Of a DNA stretch of 54,447 nucleotides, positions 39,123 through 47,173 are shown piece by piece. The stretch comes from a virus (taxonomy: Duplodnaviria; Caudoviricetes). Under the pieces are notes generated by a model. It was not told the DNA's origin and did not search any database. It worked only from the letters and a program-made list of their open reading frames with translations. The translations under genes were made by a program, and so were the position numbers. How positions within the stretch are numbered: position 1 is the first letter of the stretch; every line of letters begins with the position of its first letter. The stretch covers positions 1 through 54,447 of the IMG/VR virus record IMGVR_UViG_3300006735_000044; one strand, given 5' to 3'.

Positions 39123-40768
39123 AATATCATATCCTGTGCAGTTTGCAGTGTATCTATATCTTTAGCAAACTTATCATCTCTTATTCTAACTGCTCTAGGA
39201 AATCTAAGACCATAATTACCATCAGCATCTTGTGTTACTAAATCAGCAGTTATTTCTAACACTATTCTTGGTAAGAAAGTAAATACTCCATTATCGTATG
39301 AAGACACATTCTTTTTCAAATCCGTTGTTAGGTTTAATAAATCTAATCTAGAAAAACCTGTACCAACAGAACCAACAGAAACATATTCTTGACCTCTATT
39401 TCCTGTCAGATTTACTAATATTCTATCACCACCATGAGGTATGCTTTCAGGCATATTTTTTCTTGGGGCTTTATGATAACCAATATTTTTTAATGATATA
39501 CCAAAAGAACCAAATACATCTGACCTATCTCCTGTACCATAAGTAGCACTTGTTATTACAACATCTAAACTTATTCTAGCAGGTTTATATTTTAACCAAG
39601 CCTTACTTCTTTTTCCTGCTTCATATGCCATATCTAAATCTTTTATCATTATACCTTCAAAACCTAAACTGATTGCAGTATTATATGCGCCCTCTATTGT
39701 ATGACTTGGGAAACCTTTTGCTATCAAATCTTTTGATAGTAACCATGATAATCTTTCTAATCTATCTTTAAATTGTAAATCTAAGAAACTTACATTTTTC
39801 CAATAGAGTATATCAAACGCTACCATTTTAACAGGACATTCTCTTACTGCTTCTTCTTTATCTAGTTTATGAACTCTCTTACCCATCTTCTTATGGGGTG
39901 CAGGTGTACCATCTATATTGATTGGATATATTTCAGTATCAATTATGAAATCATCTACATCTAATTCTAGCATTTGGTCTTCAATATCAGGGAATTGTTC
40001 TGTTACAATTTTACCTTTACGGTTAAAGATTATTACAGATAAATCTTTATTCTTATGAATTTGATATCTATTCCCATCATACTTAGCATCTACATAATAA
40101 TTATCAGGTCTTTCTTTACCTTTACGTGCCTTCGCTAACATAGGTTGTACGAACTGTCCGTGAGATAATCTACATTCAGGGATTTGTCCTAACTCTAGAC
40201 TAGAACAAATCTCACTTGCTGAATTATATTGAGCATATTTGTATATAGTAGTATCATTACTTCTATAATGTAAAGCCAATGCTTTCAAAGGTATCTTATT
40301 ATTCACACCATTTCTAGGTTTTCTTAACCAATATCTCACAAACCATTTTAATTCTAAAGCAGACATTTGCCTAAGTGCAGTAGCGAATGTTTCGTATGAA
40401 GTATTATTAATAGAAGAACAATCCAAAAGCAATAAAGAATAGAACTCTCCAAATGTAATATCAGAATGATTATTCTCACCTTCATACATTTGGTACAATC
40501 CTTCTCCTAAATCTCCCCACATTTTAGCAGCAGATTTAACTTCATCATCAAACAATCCTAACGCAGAAGCAATCCAAGATACTGCTTTAATATTACCAAT
40601 ATTGTTGGTAGGGTACTCTAAAGAAAATGCTCGCATCACTAATGATTTAGACTTAAAGGCACTTAGGTTATCAGAGATTGTTTTAGCCTTTTCATTAGGT
40701 GTTTGGAACTCAAGTATCTCACAAACATTAGCAAAATTACTCAAACTACCTGTCTGAATAGTGTACAT
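39119..40768 (-). CDS. lig: ATP-dependent DNA ligase
   Basis: PMLA, motif I KYDGNRYQIH, IIDTEI, AFDIL, EGIMIK, WLKYK, VGTGFS, LRFPR..RIRDDK. Confidence 0.95.
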   Translation of the reverse strand: MYTIQTGSLSNFANVCEILEFQTPNEKAKTISDNLSAFKSKSLVMRAFSLEYPTNNIGNIKAVSWIASALGLFDDEVKSAAKMWGDLGEGLYQMYEGENNHSDITFGEFYSLLLLDCSSINNTSYETFATALRQMSALELKWFVRYWLRKPRNGVNNKIPLKALALHYRSNDTTIYKYAQYNSASEICSSLELGQIPECRLSHGQFVQPMLAKARKGKERPDNYYVDAKYDGNRYQIHKNKDLSVIIFNRKGKIVTEQFPDIEDQMLELDVDDFIIDTEIYPINIDGTPAPHKKMGKRVHKLDKEEAVRECPVKMVAFDILYWKNVSFLDLQFKDRLERLSWLLSKDLIAKGFPSHTIEGAYNTAISLGFEGIMIKDLDMAYEAGKRSKAWLKYKPARISLDVVITSATYGTGDRSDVFGSFGISLKNIGYHKAPRKNMPESIPHGGDRILVNLTGNRGQEYVSVGSVGTGFSRLDLLNLTTDLKKNVSSYDNGVFTFLPRIVLEITADLVTQDADGNYGLRFPRAVRIRDDKFAKDIDTLQTAQDMIL

Positions 40769-40869
40769 TATTCTTCCTCCATTCTTGCTAATCTTTCAGT
40801 ATCATGTTTCTTATTTCTATTCATAAGTTCCATGAGTATTTTCATATTCTCTCTTCTTTCTTTATCCAT
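40768..40869 (-). CDS. 33-aa charged micro-ORF
   Basis: MDKERRENMKILMELMNRNKKHDTERLARMEEE*; TAATG coupling to ligase. Confidence 0.5.
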   Translation of the reverse strand: MDKERRENMKILMELMNRNKKHDTERLARMEEE

Positions 40870-40870
40870 A

Positions 40871-40966
40871 TTATTCTTCCTCTTCTATATTAAAATCGGA
40901 CATATCAATGGCTGACTGTCCTGCTCCGCTAGTTGAAAGCCAAAATAACTTTATTCTTTCATCCAT
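40871..40966 (-). CDS. 31-aa micro-ORF resembling the helicase Walker A loop
   Basis: MDERIKLFWLSTSGAGQSAIDMSDFNIEEEE*; strong GAGGAGGAGTGA SD. Confidence 0.55.
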   Translation of the reverse strand: MDERIKLFWLSTSGAGQSAIDMSDFNIEEEE

Positions 40967-40968
40967 AA

Positions 40969-41202
40969 TCACTCCTCCTCTGTTTTAGATAAAATTAAAT
41001 TCAACATTGCTTTTTCTACATGCGTAGTAGTAATTTTTCTATCACCACTTTCAGCATATATATTAACAATCTCTAAATTTAGTTCATTTAAACTAAATTG
41101 TATATACTTATCCATAATAGGATAAATATCTGCGCTGATATATGTTCCTGCTCTAAGTCTCTTCTTCAATTCTTTCTTTAGTTTTCTTATTGATATTATC
41201 AT
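40969..41202 (-). CDS. Histone-fold protein
   Basis: 77 aa; IRKLKKELK...YISADI...long helix...ESGDRKITTTHVEKA (HMf AGRKTVKAEDIELA equivalent). Confidence 0.65.
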   Translation of the reverse strand: MIISIRKLKKELKKRLRAGTYISADIYPIMDKYIQFSLNELNLEIVNIYAESGDRKITTTHVEKAMLNLILSKTEEE

Positions 41203-41395
41203 TTAATGCTCTCCTTAGTGCCTTATTTAGAGACTGGGCTTCGTCTATATTCATTCTAACACCTTTTTTGGTAGGTTTACCATTATCATACCATCGAATA
41301 TCTAATACATCTATATTCCAATAACTACCTGTCACTACAAGTAATTCTGACGTAGCACTTCTTGGTATTCTTACTACGATTCTTTCATTCTTCAT
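41153..41395 (-). CDS. PC4/Sub1-like ssDNA-binding transcriptional coactivator
   Basis: LDIRWY...PTKKGVRM signature. Confidence 0.8.
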   Translation of the reverse strand: MKNERIVVRIPRSATSELLVVTGSYWNIDVLDIRWYDNGKPTKKGVRMNIDEAQSLNKALRRALNDNINKKTKERIEEET

Positions 41396-41786
41396 AGGCT
41401 ATTCCTCCTTTGAATGTTTTATACTCTTTATATGATTTGAAGTATCTAGGTGATTCTAATTTATCTACTCTATGCACCATCCATAATGCACCACCTAAAC
41501 TACTAATCCTAACTACTTCGTATGTTCCACCATTATATTCAATCATCTCTTCTGTTTCAACTTCGGGAGTTAAACCATATTGAGAGTTTAATAGAGTTGA
41601 CATACTACTCATGTTTTCAGCAACAAACTTTACAATATGCGCTCTTTGAATAGGGACTTTAGCATCTACTGTTAATTGTAGTTTGCCTATCATATCACAA
41701 ACTTTGCACTTATTTCCTTCACAAATAGGACAAGGTATTTCTGCGGGTAAAGGTGCAGGAAATGTTACTGTCACTGTGGGCTGCAT
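41385..41786 (-). CDS. Zn-binding hypothetical protein
   Basis: CPICEGNKCKVCDMIG. Confidence 0.6.
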   Translation of the reverse strand: MQPTVTVTFPAPLPAEIPCPICEGNKCKVCDMIGKLQLTVDAKVPIQRAHIVKFVAENMSSMSTLLNSQYGLTPEVETEEMIEYNGGTYEVVRISSLGGALWMVHRVDKLESPRYFKSYKEYKTFKGGIAYEE

Positions 41787-42259
41787 TCTCTACCATTCCA
41801 TACTCTATACTTAACTTCATATTCAACTGTTACATCAAAAGGGAATATAGGAAATACTAAGGTAGCATTACCGAATTGTGGTGCATAACCACTATCCCAC
41901 AAGTATGTTCCTTGTTGAATATAACCATTAACATTAAATGTGAAATTATTAAATATTACAGTATTGTTTATGATATCAAAACTCAAATGAGTCAAATTGT
42001 AATGGAAATAATCTAATTCAATTAGACCGTGAGTTGTGTTAAAATCTAACACCACTGTTTCTTGTGTTGAATTATTCACATCATTAATTAAGTATGTAAA
42101 TGAACCATTCAACATAGACCAATCTTTCACACATTCTTCGTCTTCTGCAAACACTTCTTCAGGAGATGGTATAGTACATCCCGCTAACATAAATGTTAGT
42201 AAAAATACTAGTCCATATTCTCTTAATGTTGTCTGTCTTGAATTAAGTAGGTTCATCAC
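41771..42259 (-). CDS. Putative lipoprotein
   Basis: Hydrophobic stretch LVFLLTFM followed by lipobox LAGC; several N-x-S/T sequons. Confidence 0.6.
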   Translation of the reverse strand: MMNLLNSRQTTLREYGLVFLLTFMLAGCTIPSPEEVFAEDEECVKDWSMLNGSFTYLINDVNNSTQETVVLDFNTTHGLIELDYFHYNLTHLSFDIINNTVIFNNFTFNVNGYIQQGTYLWDSGYAPQFGNATLVFPIFPFDVTVEYEVKYRVWNGRECSPQ

Positions 42260-42813
42260 TCTTCACCTTCCGTTACAGTGTGCCTACCACTATTGGTCTT
42301 AATAAATGATACGTGCTTACCTATTTCAGTTTTACAATCATAAGCCCACACTTCACCTTGACCTAGAACAATAGCACTATCCAAATTACCTTTCCATGTA
42401 TCAACAGTTCTCCAATCAGTACCACTAAAATATGCTGACATATTAGGGTGAGTATGAATCCAACATTTAATAGGTAATTTCATTGGTTCTTCACTACCAT
42501 ATAACTCATCATCTTGATTTGCAAAAGATACAAAACCCGGTGTTCCAACACTCATGAATAGATTATTATTAGCATCTACTAACACTTGAACTTCTCTAGG
42601 AATATCAAAATACTCAATAGATTGTTTGTATATTTGACTAAGGAATGCTTCTGTACCAAAATCAGGATACACCCATTCCATACTATCAGAACATACTTCC
42701 CATAATTCTTTAATGGGTTTTTTCCATTCGTTATCTTTAACAACATTCTCCATTGTATTCAGATACAATCTATCATTCTTATCATATTCTTCTTCACTAT
42801 TCTTTATATTCAT
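42256..42813 (-). CDS. JAB/MPN+ (JAMM) metalloprotease, deubiquitinase-like
   Basis: Complete JAMM motif: E (PREVQV) ... WIHTHPNMSAYFSGTD (H-x-H-x7-S-x2-D). Confidence 0.88.
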   Translation of the reverse strand: MNIKNSEEEYDKNDRLYLNTMENVVKDNEWKKPIKELWEVCSDSMEWVYPDFGTEAFLSQIYKQSIEYFDIPREVQVLVDANNNLFMSVGTPGFVSFANQDDELYGSEEPMKLPIKCWIHTHPNMSAYFSGTDWRTVDTWKGNLDSAIVLGQGEVWAYDCKTEIGKHVSFIKTNSGRHTVTEGEE

Positions 42814-43190
42814 TCTATTACCCCTGTTTGTATTAATACTCCAACAACAACTGCGGCAATTAGAATTAATCTAAACACCATTTTATTATTAGTTTTCTTA
42901 ACCTCTGCTATCTTCTCATCTAAAACGTCTTTTACCTTTTCTAGATGTTCTTCCATTTCTTCTTCTTTAACCAAATCTTCATGCATCTCTTCTATATCTG
43001 AATCTATATGCCTTTCTTGTATAGCCTTAGATTTAATTTTAGTTTTTATTTGTGCTAAAGTTCTAATATCAACAAATCGCTCTGCTATATCTTCAACACT
43101 TAAACCCTCATCCAAATAATCACAAAGCATTGCTACTTCGGTTTCATTCCATTTTCCTTTATTTCCTTTACTTTTCTTCATTTTCTTCAC
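42810..43190 (-). CDS. Myb/SANT-like HTH protein with C-terminal transmembrane helix
   Basis: KGKWNETEVAML...SVEDIAERF..RTLAQIKTK; acidic coiled linker; LILIAAVVVGVLI. Confidence 0.6.
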   Translation of the reverse strand: MKKMKKSKGNKGKWNETEVAMLCDYLDEGLSVEDIAERFVDIRTLAQIKTKIKSKAIQERHIDSDIEEMHEDLVKEEEMEEHLEKVKDVLDEKIAEVKKTNNKMVFRLILIAAVVVGVLIQTGVIE

Positions 43191-43527
43191 CTTTTAATTC
43201 TTTGATTACAATTTTGTTTGTGAGCCTATCATCCTTAAAAAAAGGAATGGGGCTATTTTTAATAGTTATAGTAAATGTTTGACCATTCATCATATGAACC
43301 AACACACTCTTACCTGTATCAGATACAGCAAATATCTTATCTCTTAGAAAACTAGTCATCCCAAACTCCGTAGGGTACTCGTTAGTCCAATCTGATACTA
43401 CATTAACCATATTTACTTCTGATGGTTTAGAAGGTTTCCAGTCTTCTAATCCCATATCAGACTCCTCCTTGTTGAGATGCTCTGATACTCTCTTTGATAA
43501 TAGACTCATGATATACTTGATGTCCAC
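43168..43527 (-). CDS. Hypothetical protein (likely start 43455)
   Basis: GGAGG SD before MGLEDW. Confidence 0.55.
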   Translation of the reverse strand: MDIKYIMSLLSKRVSEHLNKEESDMGLEDWKPSKPSEVNMVNVVSDWTNEYPTEFGMTSFLRDKIFAVSDTGKSVLVHMMNGQTFTITIKNSPIPFFKDDRLTNKIVIKELKGEENEEK

Positions 43528-43699
43528 CTAAAAACCCTCCTGCATGTCTTTTTGTTCCTATAAACTCTTCACCACAAACATGACAACAAACTCTAACTAT
43601 TTCAGACCTGAGATAAATCCCATCTTTAGAAATAATACTTAATATTTCACCTATCTCCTCATCTGATAATTCTAAGTCGTCATCTACTTTATCACTCAT
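43457..43699 (-). CDS. C2H2-type Zn-finger protein
   Basis: CHVCGEEF...GHQVYH; ATGA-coupled to the E1-like gene. Confidence 0.6.
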   Translation of the reverse strand: MSDKVDDDLELSDEEIGEILSIISKDGIYLRSEIVRVCCHVCGEEFIGTKRHAGGFLGGHQVYHESIIKESIRASQQGGV

Positions 43700-44271
43700 A
43701 TATTAAACACCATACTTGTTTTTACTTCTTGCTTGTTGAACCATTTCTGAATCCATTGAGCAGCAATTGAAGCAATCACATTATTCATCATATTAACACC
43801 CTTAGCAGAACCATCCCAAGACTGTGCTTGGCACGAAAATGAACCTTCTTCTCCTGTTAACACAGTATCTACTAAATCAGGATTAAGCATGTATGATATT
43901 AGCGTAGCATTTCTACCTTGCGCTCTCAAATCTAACCACTTCACGGTAGCATCTTCACCTGTACCTTGCCTATAAAGCAAGCGTCTTACATCCAAATTAT
44001 CTGCACAACAGATAACTAGGTCATAACCTTTCAATTGTTTTGGTACTAAAACTAAATACGGTTGTGCTTTAACACCACTAAACTGACTACTAATCGCTTC
44101 TGCTTTATTTTCTCCTAAGTGGCTTTCATTATAGTGCTGATAAGTTAAATTCTTTTTCTCTACCTTATCATCATCAAAAACAGTTATGTCATAAATACCT
44201 AACCTTTCTAAATTATGTATTAACATACTACCTATACCACCTGCACCTATTATCATTATCTTTCTTTTCAT
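43696..44271 (-). CDS. ThiF/MoeB/E1-like adenylating enzyme
   Basis: IIGAGGIGS, FDDDKVEKKNLTYQ, KAE, YDLVICCADN...RR, candidate catalytic Cys in SFSCQ; no CxxC Zn pairs. Confidence 0.88.
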   Translation of the reverse strand: MKRKIMIIGAGGIGSMLIHNLERLGIYDITVFDDDKVEKKNLTYQHYNESHLGENKAEAISSQFSGVKAQPYLVLVPKQLKGYDLVICCADNLDVRRLLYRQGTGEDATVKWLDLRAQGRNATLISYMLNPDLVDTVLTGEEGSFSCQAQSWDGSAKGVNMMNNVIASIAAQWIQKWFNKQEVKTSMVFNI

Positions 44272-44272
44272 T

Positions 44273-44542
44273 TTAACTACTCCATTCTATTGTTTCCTTT
44301 TTTGTAAAGAGGGAAACTCTCTTTAATTTATAGCCGTAATCTGTTGCTACTACATATCTCCATATTTTTTTAGGAGATGACTCATAATATTCCATATCAA
44401 CTACCGTTACTTTAACATATCTGCCTTTTAATACAGTATATCCCTTATAACCAATATCATAATTATGAGAATTTCTCCATTTTTTCCAAAACTTTATATC
44501 ATTGACCATAAAATTACTTCCTAATTCCATTAATAAAATCAT
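44273..44542 (-). CDS. Hypothetical protein (likely start 44509)
   Basis: ORF filling the gap between TFB and E1. Confidence 0.5.
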   Translation of the reverse strand: MILLMELGSNFMVNDIKFWKKWRNSHNYDIGYKGYTVLKGRYVKVTVVDMEYYESSPKKIWRYVVATDYGYKLKRVSLFTKKETIEWSS

Positions 44543-45416
44543 TTAGTGTTAAATAATTTAATTTATTTTTATCCACATTATATAATTGTAAAATCTTTTT
44601 CATATTCTTTCTTAGTGATACTTCAGTAGTACCCACTAGTTTAGCAACTTCTTGTTGTGTATAGTTTTCTCGTCTAAATACAGAGACTAAATAAAAACAT
44701 GCAGACAAAGTTGCTATTGTAAATTGTACACCATGTGCATCTAGTTTTTGGTAAACGTGTTCTGATAATTTACTTACATCCCCAATATATTGAGGATTAG
44801 GTAAATATAATTTTGAACCAACTTCTTGAATCAATCCTTCAATATTCATTTGAGAAAATACCCAAGGCTTACCCAAATGAGTTGCTATCACTCTAGCGTA
44901 TTTTGATATTTCACCTCTAGGTATCTTAGTTACATTAGAATGTTTCTGTACTGTTACTGCAATACCTGCTTCTTTCAATATATAATAAGTTAAACTTGCT
45001 GCTCTATTATCAATAGGTACTGCTCTTAATGCCTGTTTTTTATTTAGTAGATTATAATATTTACTTACTCTACTCTTTAATACGGGCGCTACGTTATAAT
45101 AAGATAAATTCATATTAGATAATTTTAACATCCTCAAGTAAGATTCATTCAATGGATTATTATGTCTTTGAGTGAAGAATAGTTTTCTACCTACAACACC
45201 AAATTTATTGATATCCCCTTTATGAATTGTTGAACCTAAGTCCCAAGATTTGTTAGGTGAACCTGTATAATCTATATTTGATATATTATAATCTACGTTT
45301 CTAATAGTATCTTCAAATATATTTTGGATTAAAACAAGTCCACAATCTAAACAAACTTGTTCACCTAATCTTTCGTCAAACACATTTTTTTCTGATTTAC
45401 ATTCTATACATTTCAT
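44514..45416 (-). CDS. tfb: Transcription initiation factor B (TFB/TFIIB) homologue
   Basis: Zn ribbon CIEC...FDERLGEQVCLDCGLVL, two cyclin repeats, BRE-binding HTH TQQEVAKLVGTTEVSLRKN. Confidence 0.88.
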   Translation of the reverse strand: MKCIECKSEKNVFDERLGEQVCLDCGLVLIQNIFEDTIRNVDYNISNIDYTGSPNKSWDLGSTIHKGDINKFGVVGRKLFFTQRHNNPLNESYLRMLKLSNMNLSYYNVAPVLKSRVSKYYNLLNKKQALRAVPIDNRAASLTYYILKEAGIAVTVQKHSNVTKIPRGEISKYARVIATHLGKPWVFSQMNIEGLIQEVGSKLYLPNPQYIGDVSKLSEHVYQKLDAHGVQFTIATLSACFYLVSVFRRENYTQQEVAKLVGTTEVSLRKNMKKILQLYNVDKNKLNYLTLNDFINGIRK

Positions 45417-46642
45417 AAATAACCCCTCTCAGATATTAAATCTAAATTATCAAAATACTCTTTAGGTAGCCTATGATATTCTTCATCAGGTAATCTCATA
45501 GTATTAATTTGTGAACTTGATGTAACATCATTCATGAGGAACATTGCTCTTGCAGCAAATTGGTCGCCTACACTAGAGTTCCTGTGGATGTTATCTATAC
45601 ATACACCAGTTGTCTTACCCAAAACAACAGTACCATCTTTAGGATGTGTTACACTTTCAGCACTCTTAGTGAACTCATTCTTTCTATTTAGAATAAATCT
45701 AGTAGTTTTGACTTTTTGAGTAACAGATGAAGAACCGAGATTCTCCATTAATATCCAATCGCACCTTTGACCTCTAACTATCATTATAGTTCTTAAACCT
45801 TTAAGTTTAAAGACTCTTATTTTATTAGGGAACTTACTTTCTAATTCTGTCAATAACTCTTCGGCTCTCTTCTCAACCAATGACTGTGTTCTATTTTGTT
45901 TTAAGAAAGCATACATTAATTTTGTTTGAGATTTACTAGGTAATTCACCTAATAATTTTCTCCATAAGTTCTCAGGTGAAACTCCCCATTTCTCAGACCG
46001 CTTATGACCATGCCTATGAAAATTAACAAACGAATTTAAATCTTTGATAGCAATATTAGCCCAAACACCATCGGATAATTCTAATGCACATTCCTTATCG
46101 GATATAATTTTTGTTTTGATTCTGACATTATGTTTCACCATATCACCATCCTTACTGTAAAATGAATATGGTGTTCTGTTTTCTACTGAATGCATTACGT
46201 TAGGTGGGAATAATAACAACCTACGAATATACCTATCCATCTTTACACTACTATTTTCAAAACAAGAACGATAAAATATTTTACTTAAATTAGCCATAAT
46301 AATAGATTTATTACCCTTCTCACCATTTAAGAAAAAGTGAGGTTTATTCTTTTGAAACACAATAGTTGAATCTCCATCTTTATACTTAAAAGTAATAATA
46401 GTAGTTAGATTATCATTAGTTGACATAAATAAAAACTTATTTATTGCAGTACTAATACCCGCATAAATAGGGTCTAAACTATTTCTTTTTTCTTTATTAA
46501 GTTCAACAGTTACAGGATATTCCCCAAACCTATTGAGTTTACGCCTATAATCACGCTTAATATCAGTAGTACGGTACAGGAAACTAGTTGTATCATACGT
46601 GTTACTATCATCTGCTCTTGCTATTTTCATCTTAACTTTCAT
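45413..46642 (-). CDS. Hypothetical protein with possible E2-like C-terminal Cys motif
   Basis: 409 aa; THPK...GVCIDNI; coupled to tfb; E2 assignment speculative. Confidence 0.5.
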   Translation of the reverse strand: MKVKMKIARADDSNTYDTTSFLYRTTDIKRDYRRKLNRFGEYPVTVELNKEKRNSLDPIYAGISTAINKFLFMSTNDNLTTIITFKYKDGDSTIVFQKNKPHFFLNGEKGNKSIIMANLSKIFYRSCFENSSVKMDRYIRRLLLFPPNVMHSVENRTPYSFYSKDGDMVKHNVRIKTKIISDKECALELSDGVWANIAIKDLNSFVNFHRHGHKRSEKWGVSPENLWRKLLGELPSKSQTKLMYAFLKQNRTQSLVEKRAEELLTELESKFPNKIRVFKLKGLRTIMIVRGQRCDWILMENLGSSSVTQKVKTTRFILNRKNEFTKSAESVTHPKDGTVVLGKTTGVCIDNIHRNSSVGDQFAARAMFLMNDVTSSSQINTMRLPDEEYHRLPKEYFDNLDLISERGYL

Positions 46643-46914
46643 TCTTCTTCATCCCCAAATAAATACTTATCTCCAATGGTTTGGATTCCTTCAATTTCTA
46701 AATCATTAATGAAGCAATGCATTGCAACCATATCTCTAGGCAACCTACGAAAGTCAACCCAACTCATTGGAGTACCCATAACATTAGGTCTTCTTAGGGA
46801 TGATTCACAATCAGATGTATTATACCGATTGGTATAAGCCCCTGACTCTTTCAATTTCTTTCTATATGCTTTAATTATTTTACTCTTAGGTAAGTTCTCG
46901 TAAATTATCTTCAT
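46639..46914 (-). CDS. Hypothetical protein
   Basis: Packed ORF with GAGGA SD. Confidence 0.55.
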   Translation of the reverse strand: MKIIYENLPKSKIIKAYRKKLKESGAYTNRYNTSDCESSLRRPNVMGTPMSWVDFRRLPRDMVAMHCFINDLEIEGIQTIGDKYLFGDEEE

Positions 46915-47173
46915 TTATATTCCTCTCTTTATATTTTTTATATTCATGTATTTCTACTATTTTTGTGAGGGCTAAATCCCTCGGCACATTATTGATAGTA
47001 TTCATTGTTCTCAATAGGTTGTGCATAAATGTTAGGGGGGACATATTGCCATCCTCTAACTGTTTAAATCTTACTTTTATGTTTTCTATGACTACTGGAT
47101 TAGAAAATAAACTATATATTTCCTGTTCTATTTCCAAGAACTCTTCCCTGTTTAGTTTTGACCTATATCTCAT
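46886..47173 (-). CDS. Hypothetical protein
   Basis: ATGA-coupled to RNR stop. Confidence 0.55.
   Translation of the reverse strand: MRYRSKLNREEFLEIEQEIYSLFSNPVVIENIKVRFKQLEDGNMSPLTFMHNLLRTMNTINNVPRDLALTKIVEIHEYKKYKERNINEDNLRELT

Noticed and set aside
42210-42240. QTTLREYG as a PCNA-interacting box
   Set aside because: It lies in the n-region of a lipoprotein signal peptide and is probably coincidental
43696-44271. ThiF as a thiamine or molybdopterin biosynthesis auxiliary gene
   Set aside because: No thiG/thiI/moaE/rhodanese or tRNA thiolase in the window, so not favoured; cannot be fully excluded because the genome is incomplete here
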